Positions 37,526 to 46,140 of a stretch of 64,000 bases of DNA are shown piece by piece. The notes below the pieces were generated by a model. It made no database searches, was not told where the DNA came from, and saw nothing but the letters and a program-made list of their open reading frames with translations. The stretch spans positions 108,807-172,806 of the forward strand of contig JBEIPA010000001.1 in the NCBI GenBank assembly GCA_040377305.1, in the 5' to 3' direction. Position numbers and translations under genes: made by a program. Numbering within the stretch: the stretch's first letter is position 1; each line of letters opens with the position of its first letter. This DNA comes from Flavobacteriales bacterium. Its GTDB lineage: Bacteria; Bacteroidota; Bacteroidia; Palsa-965.

Positions 37526-38116
37526 ATGAAGGACATGGTACCCATAGCAACGACAATGGCCGCAGAGCAAAACAGGCTGCTTGAAGAAACAGTACAGCGC
37601 GAAAGACGCCGTTTGCTCGAGTTCATACGAAAAAGAATTCCGCAGGAGGAAGATCCGGAAGACGTGCTTCAGGATGTATTCACTGAATTAACGGAAGCTT
37701 TCAGAATGGAACGGGTCATCGACCGTGTGTCGGGCTGGGTATATCGTGTTGCCAGAAACAAAATCGCAGATCTTTTCAGGAGACGGAGAACAGAGTCGTT
37801 GGAAGCACGATACGAAAAAGAATTTGGCGATGGAGAAGAAGGCTTAGGCTTAAACGACTTGTTGCCTGACCCGTCGGCAGGTCCGGAAGCTGAATATGCA
37901 CGCCGTGTTATTATGAGTGAGTTGATGCTTGCACTTGATGAATTACCGGAAGAACAGCGTTGGGTTTTCTGGGAAAATGAAATCGAAGAACGTCCTTTCC
38001 GTGAGCTCGCGGAAGAGGCTGGAGTGTCGCTCAACACATTACTTTCAAGAAAACGATATGCTGTTTTGTTTCTACGAGAACGTTTGCGCGGTCTGTATGA
38101 AGAGCTCGGCAACTAA
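37526..38116 (+). CDS. ECF (sigma-70 group IV) RNA polymerase sigma factor
   Basis: Region 2 is DVLQDVFTELTEAF...WVYRVARNKIADLFRRR. Region 4 is RELAEEAGVSLNTLLSRKRYAVLFLRERL. Confidence 0.85.
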   Translation: MKDMVPIATTMAAEQNRLLEETVQRERRRLLEFIRKRIPQEEDPEDVLQDVFTELTEAFRMERVIDRVSGWVYRVARNKIADLFRRRRTESLEARYEKEFGDGEEGLGLNDLLPDPSAGPEAEYARRVIMSELMLALDELPEEQRWVFWENEIEERPFRELAEEAGVSLNTLLSRKRYAVLFLRERLRGLYEELGN

Positions 38117-38273
38117 TAGTAAAGAGTACAGAGAAAAGAGGCGAGAGAAAAGAATGGTGCGGATGCGAAAAAGAAAACAACAGCCTCTCGCCGCTTTACT
38201 CTTCACTCTTTACCCGACCGAAAACGAGGTCGACAAACTAAAAGAAGTATAAACGAACTAAAATATACAACAC

Positions 38274-38666
38274 ATGAAATGGTTTTTGAGATGTATAGCA
38301 GCCGTAGTGGGATTCGCTGCACTCGCATTCGCGCTCGCGTGGATAACGATGTTGCTCTGGAACTGGTTGGTTCCTGGACTGTTCGGCGGTCCTGAAATCA
38401 GGTACCTCGAAGCTGCAGGATTAATGATTCTCGGTAGACTGCTCGTGGGTGGATTCAAAAGTGGAGGTGGGCATTGCGGTCACGGTGGTAAATGGGGACA
38501 TGGCGGACACGGTTACTGGAAACGTCGCTGGGAAGACAAGATGGCGAACATGACTCCGGAAGAAAAGGAGAAGTTCAAAATGGGAATGAACAAGTGCGGT
38601 GGTTGGGGACGTTGGAATGATTGTGAAACTGAGACGCCGAAGGCGGAGACGAACAATACGCAATAG
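38274..38666 (+). CDS. small membrane protein with His/Gly/Cys-rich tail (putative metal-binding; possible ECF partner)
   Basis: Two N-terminal TM helices, then GGGHCGHGGKWGHGGHGYW...NKCGGWGRWNDCE. Confidence 0.5.
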   Translation: MKWFLRCIAAVVGFAALAFALAWITMLLWNWLVPGLFGGPEIRYLEAAGLMILGRLLVGGFKSGGGHCGHGGKWGHGGHGYWKRRWEDKMANMTPEEKEKFKMGMNKCGGWGRWNDCETETPKAETNNTQ

Positions 38667-38710
38667 TCAATACGCAATGCGCAGTCACTAATCTGAGACT
38701 GGAATTAAAA

Positions 38711-38750
38711 GAAAAAGGTTCGAGAGTCAAATCTTCGAACCTTTTTCTTT
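38711..38750. terminator. bidirectional rho-independent terminator
   Basis: AAAAAGGTTCGAG-n9-TTCGAACCTTTTT flanked by A-rich and T-rich runs, between convergent genes. Confidence 0.7.
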
Positions 38751-38761
38751 TTGCGCTTTGG

Positions 38762-40270
38762 CTATTGCGTATTGCTCATTGGATCGCGCTTGCGCGAAAG
38801 TGCAAACATCACAAAAGCCAACGTTATCAACGATACAAAAAACGTAAGCATGCTGCTGTTTGCTTCCGATGTTTGTTCAGGTTCAAAATCCCCGAACGGA
38901 ATGATGCTTCCCTGTTTCGAGCTCTGGTGTTTTTTGTCGAGATACTGATCGAACTCTTTCGGATAATCGTAATGCGTGGTGATATCGCGACCAGTGAGCC
39001 ACTGATACGTGTATAATTCATTCCAACGACGCTTACCCAGTTCCACCAGATACTCTTGTCCTTTTTCGCAGGTGTAATCCGTACTGTACGGCGGGTTCGT
39101 GAGAATATATCGTCCCTGGAATCGCACCTTATTTGCAGTTTCCTGAAATAACAAATCCTGTGGAAAATGTTCGCGATCATACGTGAGGTGCAGACGTGTG
39201 AAGTACACGAAGCCTTCGTACGTTTTAGCTTGCGTGTGATAGTCCGTGCTTTTTAGTTCAAGCCAATCTACACCCGCATCTTTCAGATCAGTTACAACAG
39301 GTGGATCACCAACGCACGGATCACAGAATTGATTTTGCGTTGGAGAAACATCCCAACCGTATTCGAGGAAAACGGTATTCTTTCCCTCGCGACTCCATGC
39401 TTTGTTGTAGAGATCACGATAAAATTCACCGAACTCGTTGCGAACAAACAGCGGCACTTTAAAGTCGGTTGGAATAAGCGAAGTGCGATAGTTTGTTGTT
39501 TCGATGCGTCCAACTTTGGAGTACATGTACACAACAAGATCCTGTACGCCGTTTGCGTTTGCCATTCCCAGGCGAATCGGCAACATGAATTTTGGTGAGG
39601 TGTATGTAATCTGTAGTGGCTTCAATGGCACAGCTCCAGCCGCGGTGTAATTTTCGAGATTCACTTTCGCCACGAAAAACTTCATGTTCGTTTTGATGTA
39701 CGGATCGAGAACTTCTTTTGCACCGACCGGCATTTTATAACCGTTGTCAATGAGCCATTCTTCTAATCCACCAGATTCAAGTGCAGAAAGAATAAGAATA
39801 TCATATTCACCAACGGTGTATTTCGCTTCCACGGTTACGCCGTAGGATTTTTCCTCCATCGGTGCCGCATTTCCATCGCTGTAACCATAAGCTGCAGATC
39901 TGGTTTTCTTAGCCCCGTAGTGTGGTTTGTATTTCGGAGGAGTGTAACATGGATTCTGATCGTAGTACTCCACCAGACGTGGTGAAGAATACAAATCAAG
40001 TTTATCGAACAACGCGCGCTCTGCAACTTTGATATCGCCTTCCTGCAATACCACCGGAACCGGAACGACCATTGCAAAATCCTTCACGTCGCCTTCAAAA
40101 TCACTCGACATGGTTACGGTTTGCTTATCACCATTCTTCGCAATGATAACCTGCGATGTTTTGTTGAATAGTTTGATGTCTGCTTTTGCAACATAAAATC
40201 CGCAGAAGCTGTAGCCGATGTTGCTTGTGAACACTATAGCTGCGAGAGTGAGGATGAGCGTCTTTTTCAT
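38762..40270 (-). CDS. tandem paralogue 1 of 4: secreted protein with C-terminal TM anchor, unknown function (tentatively DUF2330-like)
   Basis: 502 aa. Signal peptide, SFCGFYVAKAD, VVPVPVVL, KFMLPIRLGMANANGVQDL and QFCDPCVGDPP conserved with the other three copies. The C-terminal segment FFVSLITLAFVMFALSRKR is a TM helix with a basic tail. Confidence 0.85.
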   Translation of the reverse strand: MKKTLILTLAAIVFTSNIGYSFCGFYVAKADIKLFNKTSQVIIAKNGDKQTVTMSSDFEGDVKDFAMVVPVPVVLQEGDIKVAERALFDKLDLYSSPRLVEYYDQNPCYTPPKYKPHYGAKKTRSAAYGYSDGNAAPMEEKSYGVTVEAKYTVGEYDILILSALESGGLEEWLIDNGYKMPVGAKEVLDPYIKTNMKFFVAKVNLENYTAAGAVPLKPLQITYTSPKFMLPIRLGMANANGVQDLVVYMYSKVGRIETTNYRTSLIPTDFKVPLFVRNEFGEFYRDLYNKAWSREGKNTVFLEYGWDVSPTQNQFCDPCVGDPPVVTDLKDAGVDWLELKSTDYHTQAKTYEGFVYFTRLHLTYDREHFPQDLLFQETANKVRFQGRYILTNPPYSTDYTCEKGQEYLVELGKRRWNELYTYQWLTGRDITTHYDYPKEFDQYLDKKHQSSKQGSIIPFGDFEPEQTSEANSSMLTFFVSLITLAFVMFALSRKRDPMSNTQ

Positions 40271-40372
40271 TCGGCGGTCGGGTTTATGATATGATGATAG
40301 AATGATCGGATGATAGGATAGGTCGAGTCAAATATTCACTACACTCTATCATTCAATCATCCCACAATCTTA
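40271..40372 (-). promoter_or_regulatory. conserved inter-paralogue element: upstream arm GATGATTGAATGATAG plus about four tandem ATCATNNN octamers ending ~10 nt before the start codon
   Basis: Gene-sense reading: ...GGGATGATTGAATGATAGAG...CCTATCCTATCATCCGATCATTCTATCATCATATCATAAACC-ATG. Confidence 0.5.
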
Positions 40373-41875
40373 TCACTGATTCGGTACTGTTTCTTTTAGC
40401 TTGCGCTTACGCGAAAGAGCAAACATCACTCCTGCAAATGCAAGTACTGAAGTGAAAAATGTAATCATATTGCTTTCCGATTTCGTGGCATGCTCGGGTG
40501 TGAAGTTCTCCAAATCAACCAAGGCTCCCTGTTTCTTCGGAGCGCCGCCGGTTAGAAACTGATCGTATTCTTTCGGATAATCTGCATGCGATGTGATATC
40601 GCGACCCGTGAGCCACTGATAGGTGTACAATTCATTCCAGCGACGTTTCCCGAGATCCTTGATGTAAGTCTGTCCTTCTGCACACGACAAATCTCCGCTG
40701 GCCGGATGCGTGATGATGTAGCGGCCCTGAAACTTTTCTTTGTTCGCCGTTTCCTGAAACAACAAATCCTGCGGAAAGTGCGCACGATCATATTTCAAAT
40801 GCATGCGCGTGAAGAAAACATTACCTGCATACGTTCTTGCTTGTGTGTGGTAGTCCTGAGTTGCCAGTGTAAGCCAATCTACTCCTGCTTCTTTCAGATC
40901 AGTTACCATTGGAGGATCGCCCACACACGGATCACAAAACTGGGTTTGATTCGGAGAAACTTCCCACGCGTATTCGAGGAACACGGTGTTCTTTCCTTCG
41001 CGTGTCCAGGCTTTGTCGTAGAGATCCCGATAAAATTCGCCGAATTCATTCTGCACAAACAGTGGTACTTTGAAATCGGTTGGAATGAGTGAAGTGCGAT
41101 AATTGGTTGTTTCGATTCTTCCGATTTTCGAATACATGTAAATCACGAGATCCTGTACACCATTTGCGTTTGCCATCCCCAGTCGGATTGGCAACATAAA
41201 TTTTGGCGATGTGTAAGTAATTTGAAGCGGATCGAGATCAACCGAACCTTTATTGGCGAACTTCTCGAGATTCACTTTACACACAAAAAACTTCATGTTC
41301 GTTTTGATGTACGGATCCAAAACTTCTTTTGCACCAACAGGCATTTTGTAACCGTTGGCGTTGAGCCACGTTTCAAGTCCTCCCGATTCTTTCGCCGACA
41401 AAATCAAAATGTCATACGTTCCGATCTGGTACTGCGCTTCAACCGTAACTCCGAGCGTATCTGCAGCATAACCAAAGTTCATCATCGGTGCTGCATCGAA
41501 AGAAACTTCACTCAGAAGTACTCCTTCATTGTAATACTCAGGTTCCACGTAACAGGGAGTCTGATCGTAATAAGAAACCAATCGTGGAGATGAATAATCT
41601 TCCAGTTTTCCGAAGATGCTTTGATTCACCGTTCGGATATCTTTCTCCTCCAGCACAACCGGAACTGGAACGACCATGGCAAAGTCTTTCACCTCTCCTT
41701 CAAAATCACTCGACATCGTAACGGTTTGCTTGTCGCCATTCTTTGCTATAATTACCTGTGAAGTCTTGTTGAACAATTTCACATCAGCTTTCGCCACGTA
41801 AAATCCGCAGAAACTGTAGCCTATGTTGCTGGTGAACACTATGGCAGCTAGAGTAAGTATGAGTACTTTCTTCAT
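40373..41875 (-). CDS. tandem paralogue 2 of 4 (same family)
   Basis: 500 aa. Near-identical scaffold to 41975-43477 except for the cassette segments. Confidence 0.85.
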   Translation of the reverse strand: MKKVLILTLAAIVFTSNIGYSFCGFYVAKADVKLFNKTSQVIIAKNGDKQTVTMSSDFEGEVKDFAMVVPVPVVLEEKDIRTVNQSIFGKLEDYSSPRLVSYYDQTPCYVEPEYYNEGVLLSEVSFDAAPMMNFGYAADTLGVTVEAQYQIGTYDILILSAKESGGLETWLNANGYKMPVGAKEVLDPYIKTNMKFFVCKVNLEKFANKGSVDLDPLQITYTSPKFMLPIRLGMANANGVQDLVIYMYSKIGRIETTNYRTSLIPTDFKVPLFVQNEFGEFYRDLYDKAWTREGKNTVFLEYAWEVSPNQTQFCDPCVGDPPMVTDLKEAGVDWLTLATQDYHTQARTYAGNVFFTRMHLKYDRAHFPQDLLFQETANKEKFQGRYIITHPASGDLSCAEGQTYIKDLGKRRWNELYTYQWLTGRDITSHADYPKEYDQFLTGGAPKKQGALVDLENFTPEHATKSESNMITFFTSVLAFAGVMFALSRKRKLKETVPNQ

Positions 41876-41974
41876 GACGTAAGTTTATGATAGGATGATA
41901 GAATGATCGGATGATTGGATAGGTCGGGTGATCGTACTAACTCCATCCTATCATTCAATCATCTGATAATCCCA
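41876..41974 (-). promoter_or_regulatory. conserved inter-paralogue element (copy 2)
   Basis: ...CCTATCCAATCATCCGATCATTCTATCATCCTATCATAAACTTACGTC-ATG, with the upstream inverted partner GATGATTGAATGATAGG. Confidence 0.5.
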
Positions 41975-43477
41975 TCATGAATTCGGCACTGTTTGTTCCT
42001 TTGATTTCCGCTTACGCGATAAAGCAAACATTACTCCGGCAAACGCAAGAACAGAAGTAAAGAAACTAATCATGTTGCTTTCCGATTTCGTTGCATGTTC
42101 CGGTATGAATTCCTCAGGTGTCAAGAATGAACCTTGTTTCTTCGCCGCACCACCCGTTAAATACCGATCGAACTCCTTCGGATAATCGTAATGCGCAGTA
42201 ATATCGCGACCAGTTAGCCACTGATAGGTATAGAGTTCATTCCAACGGCGCTTTCCAAGATCCTTGATATACGTTTGCCCTTCTGCACAAGAAAGATCTC
42301 CGCTTGCCGGATAGGTGATAATGTAACGACCCTGAAACTTTTCCTTGTTCGCTGTTTCCTGGAATAACAAATCCTGCGGGAAGTGTGCGCGATCATACGT
42401 GAGGTGCAAACGCGTGAAGAACACATTACCTGCGTATGTTCTCGCTTGCGTGTGGTAATCCTGAGTCGCCAGTGTAAGCCAATCTACTCCGGCTTCTTTC
42501 AGATCAGTTACCATCGGTGGATCACCAACGCACGGATCGCAGAACTGTGTTTGATTCGGAGAAACTTCCCATGCGTATTCGAGAAACACGGTGTTCTTTC
42601 CTTCCCGTCCCCAAGCTTTATTGTAGAGATCGCGATAGAACACACCGAACTCATCTTTCGCAAACAGAGGCACTTTGAAATCGGTTGGGATTAACGAGGT
42701 GCGATAATTAGTCGTCTCGATGCGACCGATCTTTGAATACATGTAGATGATCAAATCCTGAACCCCATTGGCATTCGCCATTCCAAGTCGGATCGGCAAC
42801 ATGAATTTCGGCGACGTGTAAGTAATTTGAAGTGGATCGAGATCAACAGAACCTTTGTTCGCAAATTTTTCAAGATTCACTTTGCAAACAAAGAACTTCA
42901 TATTGGTCTTGATGTACGGATCGAGAACTTCCTTAGCACCAACCGGCATTTTGTATCCGTTGTCGTTGAGCCACGTTTCGAGTCCGCCCGATTCCTTTGC
43001 TGACAAGATGAGAATATCGTACGTGCCGATTTGGTATTGAGCTTCAATAGTTACACCTAAACTTTGAGTTGTAGTCACATTCGCGACACTCATTCTCATC
43101 ATTTCCGGAGCTGCAGCAACCATATCGTAATCGTAATCGTCCCGCTCAACGTAACAAGGTGTTTGATCGTAATACGATACCAATCGTGGAGCGGAATAAT
43201 CTTCCAGTTTTCCGAAGATGCTTTGATTCACTGTGCGAATATCTTTCTCTTCAAGAACTACAGGCACGGGAACAACCATCGCGAAATCTTTTACTTCGCC
43301 TTCGAAGTCGCTCGACATGGTTACTGTTTGCTTATCGCCATTCTTCGCGATAATCACCTGAGACGTTTTGTTGAAGAGCTTTACATCCGATTTCGCAACG
43401 TAGAAACCACAGAAGCTGTAGCCCATATTGCTGGTGAATAGGATAGCGGCGAGGGTGACGATAAGTATTTTTTTCAT
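41975..43477 (-). CDS. tandem paralogue 3 of 4 (same family)
   Basis: 500 aa. Confidence 0.85.
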   Translation of the reverse strand: MKKILIVTLAAILFTSNMGYSFCGFYVAKSDVKLFNKTSQVIIAKNGDKQTVTMSSDFEGEVKDFAMVVPVPVVLEEKDIRTVNQSIFGKLEDYSAPRLVSYYDQTPCYVERDDYDYDMVAAAPEMMRMSVANVTTTQSLGVTIEAQYQIGTYDILILSAKESGGLETWLNDNGYKMPVGAKEVLDPYIKTNMKFFVCKVNLEKFANKGSVDLDPLQITYTSPKFMLPIRLGMANANGVQDLIIYMYSKIGRIETTNYRTSLIPTDFKVPLFAKDEFGVFYRDLYNKAWGREGKNTVFLEYAWEVSPNQTQFCDPCVGDPPMVTDLKEAGVDWLTLATQDYHTQARTYAGNVFFTRLHLTYDRAHFPQDLLFQETANKEKFQGRYIITYPASGDLSCAEGQTYIKDLGKRRWNELYTYQWLTGRDITAHYDYPKEFDRYLTGGAAKKQGSFLTPEEFIPEHATKSESNMISFFTSVLAFAGVMFALSRKRKSKEQTVPNS

Positions 43478-43579
43478 GACACTGTAAGTTGATGATGGAA
43501 TGATAGAATTATTGGATGATAGGATGGAACGAAGAACAACATAAACTACATCCTATCATTTAATCATCTGAGCATCCTA
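43478..43579 (-). promoter_or_regulatory. conserved inter-paralogue element (copy 3)
   Basis: Same architecture (…ATCCTATCATTTAATCATC… / …GATGATGGAATGATAGAATTATTGGATGATAGGATGG…). Confidence 0.5.
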
Positions 43580-45088
43580 TCATGTTTGTGAGGTAGTTTG
43601 AGACTTTGCCTTCCGTTTTCGCGATAACGCAAACATCACTCCTGCAAATGCAAGTACAGAAGTGAAGAACGTGATCATATTGCCTTCAGACTTTGTTGCG
43701 TGTTCCGGCACGAAAGACTCGATTGACATGAACGAACCTTGTTTGGTTTTTCCACCGGTTGATTTGATGTGCTGATCATATTCCTTCGGATAGTCGTAGT
43801 GCGCAGTAATGTCGCGACCGGTAAGCCACTGATACGTGTAAAGCTCGTTCCAACGGCGCTTACCAAGCTCCTTCACATAAGTCTGTCCCTTTTCGCACGA
43901 GAAATCTCCGCTTGCCGGATGAGTAATGATGTAACGACCCTGAAATTTTTCTTTGTTCGCTGTTTCCTGGAACAACAAATCCTGCGGGAAGTGCGCGCGA
44001 TCATACGTAAGATGCATACGTGTAAAGAACACATTGCCTGCGTACGTTCTCGCTTGTGTATGATAATCCTGGCTCGCAAGTTCAAGCCAATCAACGCCAG
44101 CTTCTTTCAGGTCAGTTACCATTGGAGGATCGCCAACGCACGGATCACAAAACTGCGTTTGATTCGGAGAAACTTCCCACGCATACTCGAGGAATACGGT
44201 ATTCTTTCCTTCGCGGCCCCAAGCTTTGTTGTACAGGTCGCGGTAGAATTCGCCAAACTCATTCTGAACAAACAACGGAACTTTAAAATCGGTTGGAATC
44301 AAAGACGTGCGATAGTTTGTTGTTTCGATACGACCGATCTTCGAATACATGTAAATGATCAAATCCTGAACTCCATTCGCATTTGCCATTCCGAGTCGAA
44401 TCGGCAACATGAACTTCGGTGATGCATACGTAATCTGAAGTGGATCGAGATCAACGGAACCTTTGTTTGCGAATTTTTCCAGATTCACTTTACACACGAA
44501 GAATTTCATGTTCGTTTTGATGTACGGATCGAGCACTTCTTTAGCGCCCACCGGCATTTTGTATCCGTTGTCGTTGAGCCACATCTCTAATCCGCCCGAT
44601 TCTTTCGCTGATAAAATCAGGATGTCATAAGTTCCAATTTGGTATTGCGCTTCTACAGTTACCTGGTAGTCGTCAGCCAACTCCTTGCTTACGCTTTTCA
44701 TTTCCATTCTGTCGATAGACGCTCCCGCAGCCATAGGATAGTTGTAATACTCCGGTTCTACGTAACAGGGGTTCTCATCGTAATAAGAAACGAGTCGCGG
44801 GGCTGAGTAGTCATCAAGTTTGGCGAAGATGCTCGCTTGCACAGTTCGTATGTCTTTCTCTTCGAGAACTACCGGAACAGGAACGACCATTGCAAAATCC
44901 TTCACGTCGCCCTCGAAGTCGCTCGACATGGTAACGGTTTGCTTCTCGCCATTCTTCGCGATAATAACCTGCGATGATTTATTGAAAAGTTTCACGTCTG
45001 CTTTTGCAACATAAAATCCGCAGAAGCTATAGCCCATGTTGCTGGTGAACACAATGGCTGCGAGAGTGAGTATCAGTACTTTTTTCAT
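43580..45088 (-). CDS. tandem paralogue 4 of 4 (same family)
   Basis: 502 aa. Confidence 0.85.
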   Translation of the reverse strand: MKKVLILTLAAIVFTSNMGYSFCGFYVAKADVKLFNKSSQVIIAKNGEKQTVTMSSDFEGDVKDFAMVVPVPVVLEEKDIRTVQASIFAKLDDYSAPRLVSYYDENPCYVEPEYYNYPMAAGASIDRMEMKSVSKELADDYQVTVEAQYQIGTYDILILSAKESGGLEMWLNDNGYKMPVGAKEVLDPYIKTNMKFFVCKVNLEKFANKGSVDLDPLQITYASPKFMLPIRLGMANANGVQDLIIYMYSKIGRIETTNYRTSLIPTDFKVPLFVQNEFGEFYRDLYNKAWGREGKNTVFLEYAWEVSPNQTQFCDPCVGDPPMVTDLKEAGVDWLELASQDYHTQARTYAGNVFFTRMHLTYDRAHFPQDLLFQETANKEKFQGRYIITHPASGDFSCEKGQTYVKELGKRRWNELYTYQWLTGRDITAHYDYPKEYDQHIKSTGGKTKQGSFMSIESFVPEHATKSEGNMITFFTSVLAFAGVMFALSRKRKAKSQTTSQT

Positions 45089-45209
45089 GACCCTTTAGTT
45101 TTATGATCGAATGATTCAATGATTTGATGATCGGATTGGATACGGTACAACAGAAACTCCATCCTATCAATCTATAATCATATCATGCTAATTATTCGTG
45201 GTATTGAGT
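45089..45209 (-). promoter_or_regulatory. conserved element upstream of first paralogue (copy 4)
   Basis: Gene-sense: ...ATCCAATCCGATCATCAAATCATTGAATCATTCGATCATAAAACTAAAGGGTC-ATG. Confidence 0.5.
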
Positions 45210-46073
45210 TTATTTAGACCAGGAGAATTTATCTCCTTTGAAAATTTTATCGAGCACAGGAACGAGTGGTGACAAGAAGAACAATGCCCACACTGGAGGC
45301 GCAGAATACACCCACCATTTCGTTGCCATGTAGTATGCCAGAATGCCAACTCCAACAGCCCATATCAATCGTGCTTTTTGTGAAGCAGGAGTCTGAACCG
45401 GATCAGTGATCATGAAGAAGGTGAAGAGCAGCAACGAACCGTTCGTTAATTGATGCGTAAAGAAATCCATCGGCCAACCGAGGTAAAGAATGTTGCGCGC
45501 AAACATTAACCCGAGGAACGTAAGCAAGAATGCAAACGCTGTATCGAGACGTTTAACGCGCAACAGCACAACCAAACCTGTAAGGCCTACAACAAACAAC
45601 AACAAACCGTCACTTCCCCACTGTCCAGGAGAAATCCATGAGTCACCTGTAAGCAGGACTGTTACACAGATTCCAAAGTTTGTTGGATTGAAAATATGTT
45701 TGCCATTATATTTTAAAAAGAACTTGCTTCCGATGGAGAGCACTGCACACAACACGAATGTCCACACACTGTTTGCCTGCATCATCAAACAGATACTCAT
45801 TGCACTTACGAGTGCACTCTTGAGTCCTGTCCAATCTTTCGTCTTGAACTGTATCCAAAGTGCCTGCACTGCGAGACAAGAAAGAATCACGATGTTCACC
45901 CGCATGATTGGGATCGTCCAATCCAACACGAAAATCCCGTACAACAGGAAAGACAGTTGGAACAGAATCTGATAATGGCGGGCATCACTTCGAAACCATT
46001 CGAGAACGTTAGTTACGGGCTTAATCGCCGTTTTTAGGGCGTTTTGGGCGACGGGTAGAGATTGAGTTTCCAT
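45210..46073 (-). CDS. polytopic membrane protein, possibly NqrB/RnfD-like
   Basis: The ATG at 46073 (METQSLPVAQ) is preferred over the longer track ORF. About eight TM helices. The FFMITDPVQTP motif is reminiscent of the Rnf/Nqr D/B subunit signature, but the protein is shorter than canonical members. Confidence 0.35.
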   Translation of the reverse strand: METQSLPVAQNALKTAIKPVTNVLEWFRSDARHYQILFQLSFLLYGIFVLDWTIPIMRVNIVILSCLAVQALWIQFKTKDWTGLKSALVSAMSICLMMQANSVWTFVLCAVLSIGSKFFLKYNGKHIFNPTNFGICVTVLLTGDSWISPGQWGSDGLLLFVVGLTGLVVLLRVKRLDTAFAFLLTFLGLMFARNILYLGWPMDFFTHQLTNGSLLLFTFFMITDPVQTPASQKARLIWAVGVGILAYYMATKWWVYSAPPVWALFFLSPLVPVLDKIFKGDKFSWSK

Positions 46074-46140
46074 TGGATTAGTATTAATTCCGCAAGTAGG
46101 ATGCGGGGCTTTAGCTGATTCCATAAAAGGTACAAAAAAA

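Noticed and set aside
38762-45088. Diversity-generating retroelement or invertible shufflon as the source of cassette variation.
   Set aside because: No reverse transcriptase, no template repeat, and no site-specific recombinase or invertase gene occurs in or beside the array. The variation pattern fits recombination between complete paralogues.
38762-45209. Regular ~1.6-kb periodicity with conserved ~100-bp spacers. Considered whether it could be a CRISPR-like or satellite array.
   Set aside because: The repeated units are full-length protein-coding genes with their own starts and stops. The spacers are promoter/leader regions, not 25-50-bp CRISPR repeats. No cas genes are present.
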